From the sequence record NC_028894.1: 64,000 nt of DNA. One strand, 5' to 3'. The stretch comes from Escherichia phage vB_EcoM_VR20. The position numbers were made by a program, and so were the translations under genes. Numbering within the stretch: the first letter of the stretch is position 1; the number at the start of each line of letters is the position of its first letter. This document shows, piece by piece, positions 46,909-57,197 of this stretch. Under the pieces are notes generated by a model that was not told the DNA's origin, did not search any database, and worked only from the letters and a program-made list of their open reading frames with translations.

Positions 46909-47406
46909 ATGGAAGGAGCTTCAATCGATGTTACGTTTACAGCTCAATTAGAAACAAACGAAACATTAGTCGAAATAAATATAACTGAATATGAGGCCAC
47001 CCCTGGCGTTAATGTTGAGGGTAATCATCTTTATGGTGTTTATGAATCCGTGTTCGGATTTGCAGATGATGCGCTTAAATACCGACTTAACGATGAATTC
47101 AAAACTGCCGGTTCATGGGAAGACCTTCCTGCAGATAAGAGTACTCAATTGTATCTCTGGAGGGCCCCAGCGAGCCTCCAGAAGGTCTTTTCATACACGG
47201 TAACCCTAACCTATGACTTTCAAGAAGAGAGCTCTGGTGGAGACACAGGGAGCTCTGGCGGCAGTAATAGCCGTGCAGGTAATGAGACCGACCCACCTCC
47301 TGCTCCAGTAAGAAAGACAATGACAAAAGTTTACACAAAAACTATTGTCGGTAACTGGTCAAGATGGGCAGATAAATTGCGTTCATACGTATACGCGAGG
47401 GATTAA
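46909..47406 (+). CDS. 5.1: Baseplate-associated protein gp5.1
   Basis: 165 aa from MEGASIDV with AGGAGA SD; position between 5 and 5.4. Confidence 0.5.
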   Translation: MEGASIDVTFTAQLETNETLVEINITEYEATPGVNVEGNHLYGVYESVFGFADDALKYRLNDEFKTAGSWEDLPADKSTQLYLWRAPASLQKVFSYTVTLTYDFQEESSGGDTGSSGGSNSRAGNETDPPPAPVRKTMTKVYTKTIVGNWSRWADKLRSYVYARD

Positions 47407-47699
47407 TGGCTGGATTAAGTTTTAATCAATGTGTTACAGCAGGTCACGAAGCATGGCCGCCGACTGTAATCAATGCAACTCAAGGTAAAGTATTCACCGG
47501 GGGAATTCCGGTATTAGTTGCCGGAGACCCTATTACCGAGCATACCGAAATTAAAAAACCATATGAAACCCATGGTGGAGTAACACAACCGAGAACTCCG
47601 AAGGTATTCGTTACCGGTAAGAAAGCTGTTCAAATGGCAGACCCGATTTCATGTGGTGATACTGTGGCTCAAGCCTCATCAAAAGTCTTTATAAAATAG
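47406..47699 (+). CDS. 5.4: PAAR-repeat spike tip protein gp5.4
   Basis: 97 aa, same length as T4 gp5.4, PAAR-like. Confidence 0.75.
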   Translation: MAGLSFNQCVTAGHEAWPPTVINATQGKVFTGGIPVLVAGDPITEHTEIKKPYETHGGVTQPRTPKVFVTGKKAVQMADPISCGDTVAQASSKVFIK

Positions 47700-47707
47700 G
47701 AAATAAA

Positions 47708-49666
47708 ATGGCTACTCCTACGAATTACCAATTAACAAGAACCGTTAACGCTATCCCAAAAGTATTTGTGGGAGCTACGTTTGAAGAAATTAAAAAGAAT
47801 ATCATTGACTGGCTATCAAGCCAGGATGAATTTAAGGATTATGATTTCGTAGGTTCGCGAATGAATATCCTGATTGATATGCTTGCATACAATACATTGT
47901 ATATGCAACAGTTTGCTAACACGGCAGTTTATGAATCATTTATCGGAACTGCAAACCTAAGGTCTTCGGTTGTTCAGGCTGCACAGGATAATGGTTATCT
48001 TCCATCTTCACGTTCGGCCGCAAAGACTTCGGTTATGTTAACATGTTCTCACGCTCTCCAACCATCGAATATTGAAATCCCGCGCGGGACTAAGTTCCTG
48101 GCTTATGCTCGTGATACATCAGCTGACCCTTATATGTTTGTCACAACGGATAATGTAATCGCGGTAAAAGACATTAACAACCAATATCTGCCGATTGTAT
48201 CCCTTGCACAAGGTCGTATTATTCGTACTGAACTTTTGTATGACCCGAAACAACCTATTCTTATTCGTGACCCGGATATTGACCGAAAAGAAGTTAAGCT
48301 TTTTGTGAACGGTATCGAGTGGACCGACTGGACAAACAAATCAATGGTTCATGCTGGCTCAACGTCCACCATTTTCTATATGCGCGAAACTGTTGATGGT
48401 AATACTGAATTCTTCTTCGGTGAAGGCGAATCGACCAAATCTGTTGCCGGTGGCGTATTGGAAGCCAACTATATTGGTGGATTGAAACCCGTACAGGATT
48501 CGACAATTGTTATCGAATATCTTCGCACATCAGGGGCTGATGCAAATGGTGCAGTTGATTTCAGCTATGCAGACTCCTTGACTTATATCACTGTTGACAA
48601 GATTACCGAAAACTACAATAACGATAAAGATTACGTTGGAGCTGATGGCGGTGGTGACCCGGAAGATATTGAACGAATCCGTGAACTGGCTGTAGTTAAA
48701 CGTGAAGCGCAGATGCGTGCTGTCACCGGGACCGATTATGATACCTTCGTATCAGAAAGATTCGGCTCAATCGTACAAGCCGTACAGACGTTTACAGACG
48801 CAAATAAACCTGGGTATGCGTTTATATCAGTTAAGCCTAAATCGGGCTTGTATCTTACCGCAGTGCAGCGTGAGGACATCAAAAACTACCTTAGTGAGTT
48901 CAACGTATCGACAATTACACCATCAGTTATTTCTCCTGATTATTTGTTCCTTAAACACAATATCAAAGTGTCTTATGCGCTGAATAAATTACAGGAATCT
49001 GAACAGTGGTTGCAAGCACAAATCATTAACCAGATTGACCGCTATTATATTGATGAAGTTGAATTGTTTAACCACAGTTTTGCTAAATCGAAAATGCTCA
49101 CTTATGTGGATAATACTGACCATAGTATTTTGGGTTCGTCTGCAACGGTGACAATGGTTCGCGAGGTCTTGAACTTCTTTAAGACTCCAGAATCCGGCAT
49201 TAAATATTATAATCAATATACTAATAGGTCGGTGGAATCAAGCGAATTCGAATTCGTTCCAACAAACCAAAGCGATACCGTTACCTCCTATAACGTCCGT
49301 ATTGTAGCGACTGACCGCAACTCTTCTGGCGATGGTAAAATGGTCATTGGTCCGTTCCGTCCAGGTGATGTTCAGCTTAATGCGAATATTCAACCTTATA
49401 CAGGTAATGACTTTAATAAGATGGTTGCACCTGCTGACCAGACTCAATACTTTGTAATCGGTGAAATCGATTATTGGTCTGATTATATCTTCTGGGATAT
49501 CGCCGCGATTGGTTTGACTTCAGACCGTTTTGAAGTGCAAACAATCGAACTATATGCGGGTCCAGACCAGGACAACATCTATACAAAAGACGGTTCGCTT
49601 ATCGTATTCGAAAATGACCTTCGTCCACATTATACGACTATTAATTTAGAACCAATTACATTATAA
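47708..49666 (+). CDS. 6: Baseplate wedge protein gp6
   Basis: 652 aa; synteny and size. Confidence 0.85.
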   Translation: MATPTNYQLTRTVNAIPKVFVGATFEEIKKNIIDWLSSQDEFKDYDFVGSRMNILIDMLAYNTLYMQQFANTAVYESFIGTANLRSSVVQAAQDNGYLPSSRSAAKTSVMLTCSHALQPSNIEIPRGTKFLAYARDTSADPYMFVTTDNVIAVKDINNQYLPIVSLAQGRIIRTELLYDPKQPILIRDPDIDRKEVKLFVNGIEWTDWTNKSMVHAGSTSTIFYMRETVDGNTEFFFGEGESTKSVAGGVLEANYIGGLKPVQDSTIVIEYLRTSGADANGAVDFSYADSLTYITVDKITENYNNDKDYVGADGGGDPEDIERIRELAVVKREAQMRAVTGTDYDTFVSERFGSIVQAVQTFTDANKPGYAFISVKPKSGLYLTAVQREDIKNYLSEFNVSTITPSVISPDYLFLKHNIKVSYALNKLQESEQWLQAQIINQIDRYYIDEVELFNHSFAKSKMLTYVDNTDHSILGSSATVTMVREVLNFFKTPESGIKYYNQYTNRSVESSEFEFVPTNQSDTVTSYNVRIVATDRNSSGDGKMVIGPFRPGDVQLNANIQPYTGNDFNKMVAPADQTQYFVIGEIDYWSDYIFWDIAAIGLTSDRFEVQTIELYAGPDQDNIYTKDGSLIVFENDLRPHYTTINLEPITL

Positions 49667-49694
49667 GCCTCTTCGGAGGCTTTAAGGAATCTTA

Positions 49695-52600
49695 ATGACT
49701 GTTAAAGCCCCTTCTGTTACTAGCTTGCGGATTGATAAACTATCTGCCAACCAGGTTAGTATTAAATGGGATGATGTAGGCTCCAACTTTTACTATTTTG
49801 TGGAGATTGCACAAATCACAGAAAATGGAGTACGCATCCCAACTAGAGATTTAATTTGGCGCGACCTTGGTTATACCGCAGACAATGAATGGTTCGAGCA
49901 GGAATATATTCGTCCGTTGACAAGTTATCAGATGCGTGTGTCTGTTGCGGCAATGGGCTTCGAACGGTCTGATTGGGAATACACCGAAGAATTTGAAACC
50001 TTTGCAACGAACGCATATACTTTTGAACATATGCGCGAATTTAGTTTGGCCAATAAATTCATTGAAGAAAAATTCACCAATAACAATCAGAGCTATATCA
50101 ACTTTAACAATGATGCTATTATGGCTTCATTGATGTCCGAAGACTTTACATGGACTTCTGCTTATTCTCATTTGTCTTCAATTTCGAACTATGTTTTGCA
50201 AGAAGACCAATATCATGAAATCCAGGGACCGATTCAAGCAGTTTGTGTTGACCAAAACCGTACGATGCTTGCTGAACTTGGTGGTGTGCTTTATCTGTTC
50301 GAACGCTTTCAGCCGATGGTTAAAGTCTCCAATGACAAAGGTCAAAACTGGTATTACATAAGACTCTTTAATGAGCGTATCGGTAACCCTGTGTCAAGGA
50401 CTGTATATTATCAGACTGATACCACAACTTACGTTCTGGGCTATGACCGCATATTCTATGGCCGACAATCAAGCGATATAAGATGGTCTGCGGATGATGT
50501 TCGATTCAGTTCTGAAGACATTACATTTGCTAAAGTCGGTTCGGATATTAACCTTGGATTTGATATTGAAATCTTCGGGAACTATGCAAGACTTCCGGCC
50601 TATATTTCACAAATAGCTGAAGCTATCACGGTTTCGGATGAATTCATTTATGTTGCGGCTCGTGGTCGTGTGTATAAAGCAAAAACCTCTGATGCACCGA
50701 TTGATACAACTCCAGGGTCTCCAACCTTCGGTGAAAAACTATTTGAAACTGGTTACAGTACAATTACGGCGAACCCTAAAGCAGTTTGCTATAAAATGGA
50801 TTCGGTCCAAGGTCATACGTTTGCATTAATTACGGGTGAAGTTAAAGAAGAAAGACAAGACCCAACTAAACCTGAAAACGTTGTTGACTCTCTGGATAAA
50901 GGTGTTTATAAATTAGACCCTGATACTGATACATGGACGAGAGTTTTTGGTAATACAGAAGAAGAACGTCGTCGAATCGAACACGGTTATGCAAGCATGT
51001 CAACTGATGGCATCGAAGTGTTCTTTAGCTCCAGTAACTTCAAATATTCGGTTGAGCCTGATACTGAACTACCTCTTAAATATCCTGATGAAGTTAACGA
51101 AGCAGTCAAATACGTTTACGATGAGCAATGGATACATAATAAGCATTACCTGATGATGAGCTTCAGAGCTGGCGAAGATTCTGGCTTCGAAGAGTTCAAA
51201 CCAGGTCGTATGACTTACTATGCAGAGCCGTTCTTTAACTGGTCAAGACGTGACGATACTCGTTGTTGGATTACGACTTCAGACCGAGCAATGGTCGTCT
51301 ATAACGATATTCTTTATCAGTACATCATCGATACATTTGGTGGAACTTCCCCGGAACGTATCGTGCATGAATATTGGAACAAAGGTCGAGTAACGATTAC
51401 TGCACCTAACATCGAATTCAATGGCTTTAAAAAATATGCGTCCGGGATTATGCTTCATAAAAATACCGGGGAATTAATTGGCTATTTTGAATTTGACTAT
51501 CGCGTGCGTGATGAAGTGCGTATCATCTGGAAGCCAAAAGAAATTATGCTTATGGCTGAACTACAAAATCAGGAACATGATATTCCGTGGACTCCGGAAA
51601 ATGAGAATAAGGAAAAAGACCCTGACTTGCAACCACTGTTAACGAAGATGGTTCCGGATAGTTATCTTTTACAGGATAGTAAATTTGAAAAATTCTGTGA
51701 ATACTATTTGCAGTTCATCAGTGATGGCTCCGGTACATACTATAACAACCTTTTGAATCTTATTCGCAACCAATATCCGCGCGAGGAAGATGCATGGGAA
51801 TACCTCTGGAGCGAAATGTACAAACGTAACATTTACCTCTCCAAGGAAAAACGTGACGAAGCTGTTCGATTCTTCCAGGCCCGACAGTCTGATTTTTGGG
51901 CAACAAAAGGCACAGAAGCGTCTTATAAATTCTTGTTCAAATTGCTGTATAATGAAGATGTTGAAATTGACATCGAATCCAAGAACGGAACCGAGTATGA
52001 TATTGTAGTTGAATCTGATAATATCAGTGAAGACATTGTAGGCCAAACCATTTATACCGCAACTGGTCGCAGTAATGTGACTTATATGGAGCGCGATTAT
52101 AAAGATGGTAAATTAAGATGGCGCATTACTATTCATAACCTCCTGGGACGTTTTATTGTTGGGCAAGAAATTAAATCAGAAAGAACCTCATTCGAGGGGA
52201 TGATTGTACAAGGTGTTCGTGGTAAAGAGTTGTTGAGTAACAACATAGATTATATTAACCGTAATCGCTCTTATTACGTAATGACAATTAAGTCAAACCT
52301 TCCAACCTCCCGTTATCGTAATGACGTTTTGAGATTCGTTCACCCGGTTGGATTTGGATTCATCGGTATCACGTTGCTGACAATGTTTGTTAACGTTGGT
52401 TTGACTCTTAAACACACCGAGACAATCATTAATAAATTAAGTAACTATAGATGGTCTTCTGGTATTCCGTCAGAATGGAATGACCGAGTTGCAGTGATTG
52501 GTGTTGATGGTACTATTGAGAAAAACCCTACCACAGGTGAAGCAATATATAACATCGCTCCTAATGCTGGCCAACCATTCCCGTTACCAGCTGATTATGA

Positions 52601-52790
52601 TGCCGAGAACGATTTCTCTATGTTCTATGGATTGTTACCGTCACAACGTCGTGGAAAATATAGTCCACTGTTTGACCAGTCAGCTGTTACATTCTCGAAC
52701 TGGAGAGCATTAGTTGACCAACGTCTTAAAGATGATATTGGTAATCCAAGAGACCCGGTTAATCCTACACAGGTAAATGTAAATGAATAA
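49695..52790 (+). CDS. 7: Baseplate wedge protein gp7
   Basis: 1031 aa; synteny and size. Confidence 0.85.
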   Translation: MTVKAPSVTSLRIDKLSANQVSIKWDDVGSNFYYFVEIAQITENGVRIPTRDLIWRDLGYTADNEWFEQEYIRPLTSYQMRVSVAAMGFERSDWEYTEEFETFATNAYTFEHMREFSLANKFIEEKFTNNNQSYINFNNDAIMASLMSEDFTWTSAYSHLSSISNYVLQEDQYHEIQGPIQAVCVDQNRTMLAELGGVLYLFERFQPMVKVSNDKGQNWYYIRLFNERIGNPVSRTVYYQTDTTTYVLGYDRIFYGRQSSDIRWSADDVRFSSEDITFAKVGSDINLGFDIEIFGNYARLPAYISQIAEAITVSDEFIYVAARGRVYKAKTSDAPIDTTPGSPTFGEKLFETGYSTITANPKAVCYKMDSVQGHTFALITGEVKEERQDPTKPENVVDSLDKGVYKLDPDTDTWTRVFGNTEEERRRIEHGYASMSTDGIEVFFSSSNFKYSVEPDTELPLKYPDEVNEAVKYVYDEQWIHNKHYLMMSFRAGEDSGFEEFKPGRMTYYAEPFFNWSRRDDTRCWITTSDRAMVVYNDILYQYIIDTFGGTSPERIVHEYWNKGRVTITAPNIEFNGFKKYASGIMLHKNTGELIGYFEFDYRVRDEVRIIWKPKEIMLMAELQNQEHDIPWTPENENKEKDPDLQPLLTKMVPDSYLLQDSKFEKFCEYYLQFISDGSGTYYNNLLNLIRNQYPREEDAWEYLWSEMYKRNIYLSKEKRDEAVRFFQARQSDFWATKGTEASYKFLFKLLYNEDVEIDIESKNGTEYDIVVESDNISEDIVGQTIYTATGRSNVTYMERDYKDGKLRWRITIHNLLGRFIVGQEIKSERTSFEGMIVQGVRGKELLSNNIDYINRNRSYYVMTIKSNLPTSRYRNDVLRFVHPVGFGFIGITLLTMFVNVGLTLKHTETIINKLSNYRWSSGIPSEWNDRVAVIGVDGTIEKNPTTGEAIYNIAPNAGQPFPLPADYDAENDFSMFYGLLPSQRRGKYSPLFDQSAVTFSNWRALVDQRLKDDIGNPRDPVNPTQVNVNE

Positions 52791-53787
52791 CTCTACAGTA
52801 GTTTACCGTTCGATTGTTACATCAAAATTCAGAACGGAAAAAATGTATAACTTCTACAGCGTCATCGGGGATGGCGCCACTGAAAATACAATGTATGTCA
52901 CGTTCGGTCGTGCAGAACCATGGGCTGCAAACGAGAACGACCCGGGCTTTGCTCCACCTTATCCGGTTGATGATGCCCAAGGTGTTGAAGATGTTTGGAC
53001 TAATATGATGGGCGCGGTCAAGGTATATAAATCCATGCTTGACTGCGTGGTTCCTCGTAAGGATTGGGGTGATGTTCGTTATCCTAACCCGTTGAACTTC
53101 CAGATTGGCGAAATTGTCGTAAGTAATACCGCACCATATAACCGAACTGATGTTGGTAAAGGTTGGATGGTTTATCGTTGTGTGGATGTTCCTGAATCTG
53201 GGACTTGTTCGATTTATTCCATCACTAATAAGCAAGAATGTCTTAAGCTTGGTGGTAAATGGACTTCGGACTATGCTTCCAGCCGTGCACCATCAGGGAC
53301 TGGTGATACTGAAGGACGTGTTGATATGGGTGATGGTTATCTCTGGGAATATCTCTATGAGATTCCACCTGACGTATCCATTAACCGTTGTACAAACGAA
53401 TATATCGTTGTCCCATGGCCAGAAGAAATTGCAGAAGACCCTGAACGTTGGGGATACAAAGATAACCTGACATGGCAGCAAGATGATTATGGTTTAATCT
53501 ATCGTATCAAAGGAAATACAATTCGATTCAAGGCTTTCATGGATTCGATTTATTTCCCTCAGTTCAGTCTTCCAGGTAACAAAGGTTTTAGACAGATTTC
53601 AATTGTCGCTAACCCTCTGGAAATCAAAGCTGCACCTAATGACCCGAATATCAAAGCAACAAAAGAATATTACGATGCTATTGATTTGAGTCGACATTCT
53701 GGTGAAATGATTTACATGGAAAACAGACCACCTGTTTATCGTGCAATGGACCAAACCGAAGAAGTAAATATTATTTTTGAATTCTAA
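52783..53787 (+). CDS. 8: Baseplate wedge protein gp8
   Basis: 334 aa (identical length to T4 gp8); overlaps gp7 stop. Confidence 0.85.
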   Translation: MNNSTVVYRSIVTSKFRTEKMYNFYSVIGDGATENTMYVTFGRAEPWAANENDPGFAPPYPVDDAQGVEDVWTNMMGAVKVYKSMLDCVVPRKDWGDVRYPNPLNFQIGEIVVSNTAPYNRTDVGKGWMVYRCVDVPESGTCSIYSITNKQECLKLGGKWTSDYASSRAPSGTGDTEGRVDMGDGYLWEYLYEIPPDVSINRCTNEYIVVPWPEEIAEDPERWGYKDNLTWQQDDYGLIYRIKGNTIRFKAFMDSIYFPQFSLPGNKGFRQISIVANPLEIKAAPNDPNIKATKEYYDAIDLSRHSGEMIYMENRPPVYRAMDQTEEVNIIFEF

Positions 53788-53790
53788 CTA

Positions 53791-53812
53791 GGGACCTTCG
53801 GGTCCCTTTTTT
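53791..53812 (+). terminator. Rho-independent terminator
   Basis: GGGACCttcgGGTCCC hairpin followed by TTTTTT, 4 nt after gp8 stop. Confidence 0.7.
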
Positions 53813-53816
53813 ATTT

Positions 53817-53824
53817 TATAAATA
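53817..53824 (+). promoter_or_regulatory. T4-type late promoter TATAAATA for gene 9
   Basis: Exact TATAAATA 27 nt upstream of gp9 ATG. Confidence 0.6.
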
Positions 53825-53851
53825 TAGCTATATCAATAATGAGGCTTACCT

Positions 53852-54721
53852 ATGATTAATCAAACCCCAAAACTTTTAATAGATGTCGGCGAAATTGGTA
53901 ACGCCAGCACCGGCGATATCTTATATGATGGTGGTCGTAAAATTAACGAAGATTTTAATAACGTCTATAATACCTTTGGTGACCAACGTCTTTATTCAAT
54001 CGATAGTGGCCAGAACTCTCAGGTCTTACATGCTACAGGTTATTATCAAAAAGCAACAAACATAATCGAATGGAACACTCCTGTTGCGCTTGGTTCTCTC
54101 CGTGATGTCGATACCTCCAAGGGTGTTGTTACTGCCAGGATTGCCCGCGGTAAAATGGGTGAAGGTATTATCTTCATTAACTCTAACGGGACTTTATCAC
54201 CAACTCAATCTCTGGAAATCGAACTTCAAGGCACAGATACTTTCGTTTCGGCTCCGACCAACAAAATTCGCTTCACAAGCCCTTATACAAAGATTACTCT
54301 TTGGTGTATCGATGATGCAAACGGCGTTGGCACCTGGGATTATTCAATCGAAAATATGTTTGGTGTAAAACATATTCCTTTAGACCGAACTTATAATATC
54401 GGTCTGAACGCAAGAGATATTCCGATTGCATTGCGCGGTGATTTCAAAACAATGAAACTTTTGTTAACCGCTATATCTACTGATGAAACTAAATACAAAG
54501 CATCAGAGGTCATGCTCTTTGTAGACACTCAAGCTAACCAAGTGTATAGCACAGAATACGGTGTATTGCGTCGTGGTCACGTGGATGACGATGATGAGTT
54601 ATATACCATTAACTTTAAAATAGGCGCTGACAACTTCGTTACGGCGACCGTAAGCGCACCAGTCTCCATGAAGCTCGCCATTAAGGTAGCCGAGACACAA
54701 ACCATTGGGGTAGCAATCTAA
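53852..54721 (+). CDS. 9: Baseplate wedge / long-tail-fiber socket protein gp9
   Basis: 289 aa; synteny and size. Confidence 0.85.
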   Translation: MINQTPKLLIDVGEIGNASTGDILYDGGRKINEDFNNVYNTFGDQRLYSIDSGQNSQVLHATGYYQKATNIIEWNTPVALGSLRDVDTSKGVVTARIARGKMGEGIIFINSNGTLSPTQSLEIELQGTDTFVSAPTNKIRFTSPYTKITLWCIDDANGVGTWDYSIENMFGVKHIPLDRTYNIGLNARDIPIALRGDFKTMKLLLTAISTDETKYKASEVMLFVDTQANQVYSTEYGVLRRGHVDDDDELYTINFKIGADNFVTATVSAPVSMKLAIKVAETQTIGVAI

Positions 54722-56532
54722 TGAAACAAAATTTAAAAATAGGCGTGATGGTCGATGATGGTACCGGCGATTATCTTCGTCTCGGCGGCCAAAAAATTAA
54801 TAACAACTTTGATGACCTTTACTACCAGCTTGGCGATGGAGAAAATCCTCATGCTGCGGGTGCATGGAAAACATGGACCGTGGCCGACGGCACAACTCTG
54901 GAAGCCGTTATGGGTCGTAGTTATGCAGTGAATACCTCAAATGGTATGATTACTGTTAAGCTTCCTAAAGGAACTCCGTCCGAATATAATTACGTTATTC
55001 GTTTGCGTGATGTGTTTGCAACCTGGCAAGTCTCCCCGGTGACGATTGTTCCGGCTGTTGGCGACACAATGAAAGGCTCTCCTGACCCTGTTGTTATCCG
55101 TCGTAACCTGGCAGATATCGAACTGGTTTATTGCTCTCCTGGTCGTTGGGAATACATTGACAACAAACAGATTGACAAGATTTCGAATAATGACGTGGCA
55201 ACTGTTGAGACCCAGCAATTCATCGCGACAGAAGGTCAAACGGACTTCCTGGATGTGTTTAATGGTCGTCCTTATAACATCGCAAGCCTCGAAGTTAAAC
55301 ATCGTGGTAACGACCTGTTTTATGGCAAAGATGATATTTTCGACCCGGTGAATGCTGAATTCGGTTCGCCTGGTGCAGCGCCTGGTGAAATTGTAACCCT
55401 TGACGGTCGCAATATTCGTTTACGTATGCCTTGTGCAGCTGGTGACACGGTTATTGTCAGAACATTCAACGATGGTATTGCTCAGTATCGTAGTTCTTAT
55501 AACCGTCGAGATGTTCAAATCCGTGATTCGAAATTTACTCTTGAAACCCCGGTCGAAGGCTCTTTGGTTGTAGCTGATTTATCCACTAAACACACATTTA
55601 TGGTTACTGAACTTGCGGTATCGCCTAGCAGTCCAATTAACCCGAATGCCTGTGAAGTTTATATTAACAGCATATTACAACACGAAGCAGGAACTGCAAA
55701 CTATCCAGCTTATACCTGCGAAGGTGCTGATGGTGAAACTGCAGAAGAGTGTACAGATAATGGTGGTCAATGGTCTAAATCAAAAGAAGACTATATAACA
55801 GCCTTTGATGAAGACAACCGTATTGAATCTTTTGAGTTTGCTCGCACATTTGAAGATGGTGATATTCTGTCTATCGTTTGGTATAATAACGATATCGGCA
55901 CCACAATGACTCTTGACGAAATTACAGATGAAACAAATAACATCTATGTTTCCCAGGGTCCAGAAGTTTCAATCACCGGCGATATAAGAATTACGGATTA
56001 CGATAATCCGTTTGCTCCTAACCTGGAACCGGTGGACCCGAGCGAAATTAAACCATCTGCTGTTTCTATTCTCTTTAATATGTTCCATCCAATTGGCACA
56101 ATTTACGAGAACACGACTAACCCAAATAACCCTGCAACATATATGGGTATGGGAACATGGAAGCGCCTTGAAGAGCGTGTTTTGATTGGTTGGTCTTCTG
56201 ACCCGGCCTCAAACTTCCATACAAACAATAACGACCTGGATTCTTCTGGTGTTCCACAGGCGACTGCAGGTGGTACCGGGGGTAATGTACAGATTCATAT
56301 TAAATCAAACAATATTCCTAAAATTCGGACCGATGAAAAAGTATTGGTAGCTGATGCAACTGGTCCAATTATTGTTGGTGGTTGTCAGGTTGACCCAGAT
56401 GCTCAAGGTCCTGCTTATACAAACTATCGCGAAGATTATGCGACTATTAACGAAGCTCTTGACCCACTGGCACAGCCAATAGATACGCTTCCTCCATATT
56501 TGATTGTTTACCGTTGGGTAAGGATTGCATAA
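54721..56532 (+). CDS. 10: Baseplate wedge subunit and tail pin gp10
   Basis: 603 aa; synteny and size. Confidence 0.85.
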   Translation: MKQNLKIGVMVDDGTGDYLRLGGQKINNNFDDLYYQLGDGENPHAAGAWKTWTVADGTTLEAVMGRSYAVNTSNGMITVKLPKGTPSEYNYVIRLRDVFATWQVSPVTIVPAVGDTMKGSPDPVVIRRNLADIELVYCSPGRWEYIDNKQIDKISNNDVATVETQQFIATEGQTDFLDVFNGRPYNIASLEVKHRGNDLFYGKDDIFDPVNAEFGSPGAAPGEIVTLDGRNIRLRMPCAAGDTVIVRTFNDGIAQYRSSYNRRDVQIRDSKFTLETPVEGSLVVADLSTKHTFMVTELAVSPSSPINPNACEVYINSILQHEAGTANYPAYTCEGADGETAEECTDNGGQWSKSKEDYITAFDEDNRIESFEFARTFEDGDILSIVWYNNDIGTTMTLDEITDETNNIYVSQGPEVSITGDIRITDYDNPFAPNLEPVDPSEIKPSAVSILFNMFHPIGTIYENTTNPNNPATYMGMGTWKRLEERVLIGWSSDPASNFHTNNNDLDSSGVPQATAGGTGGNVQIHIKSNNIPKIRTDEKVLVADATGPIIVGGCQVDPDAQGPAYTNYREDYATINEALDPLAQPIDTLPPYLIVYRWVRIA

Positions 56533-57197
56533 TGACTACTTTGACAAATAAAAAGGCGGGTGTAATATCCCGCCATGCTGGTTACCTCCAGTTTGATTAT
56601 ACCACTACCGATTCCACTGCTGTAGCGGGTAACCGCTATATCGGTGGTCCATCTGCTAACCAGACAAATGACGGTGTATTCTATCCGACAGTCCAGAGCG
56701 CAATTGATGATATTGCATTTCGTGCAGAACTTCCTGTCGGGTCGATAATTACTCGTCATGAGAATACCGCTCCTGGGTTTATTAGCCAGTCAGATAAGAT
56801 TAAGTTCACTGGGTCTATTTCTGGCGAAAACCTTGGCGAAACGGTTCTTATTAAAGTATTCGGTTTCCCGGTAGAAGTTATTGTCGGTGACTCGAGCGTG
56901 CTGGTTGCATCGAAAGTCAATGACGTTCTTTTGACTGCAATTTCCCAGGGAATGATTATTTCTGCGACTGCTATCGATGCACTGGACCAGTCTATATTAA
57001 ATATTACATATAACGACTATCAGAATCACATCTTTGCCCCCACGACTCAATATGGTTGTGTTATGGAACAGACTATTGTTCAGCAACCTCGCTCTGGCTA
57101 TGGTCAATGGGAATATCTTGGCGCACAAGATGTAGTATTGCAAGGTGGTTCGGTTAATGGTCCAACATCTCTTTATCACTATAAGCGAGTCTACTAA
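56532..57197 (+). CDS. 11: Baseplate wedge subunit and tail pin gp11
   Basis: 221 aa from MTTLTNKKAGVISR, ATG overlapping gp10 stop. Confidence 0.8.
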   Translation: MTTLTNKKAGVISRHAGYLQFDYTTTDSTAVAGNRYIGGPSANQTNDGVFYPTVQSAIDDIAFRAELPVGSIITRHENTAPGFISQSDKIKFTGSISGENLGETVLIKVFGFPVEVIVGDSSVLVASKVNDVLLTAISQGMIISATAIDALDQSILNITYNDYQNHIFAPTTQYGCVMEQTIVQQPRSGYGQWEYLGAQDVVLQGGSVNGPTSLYHYKRVY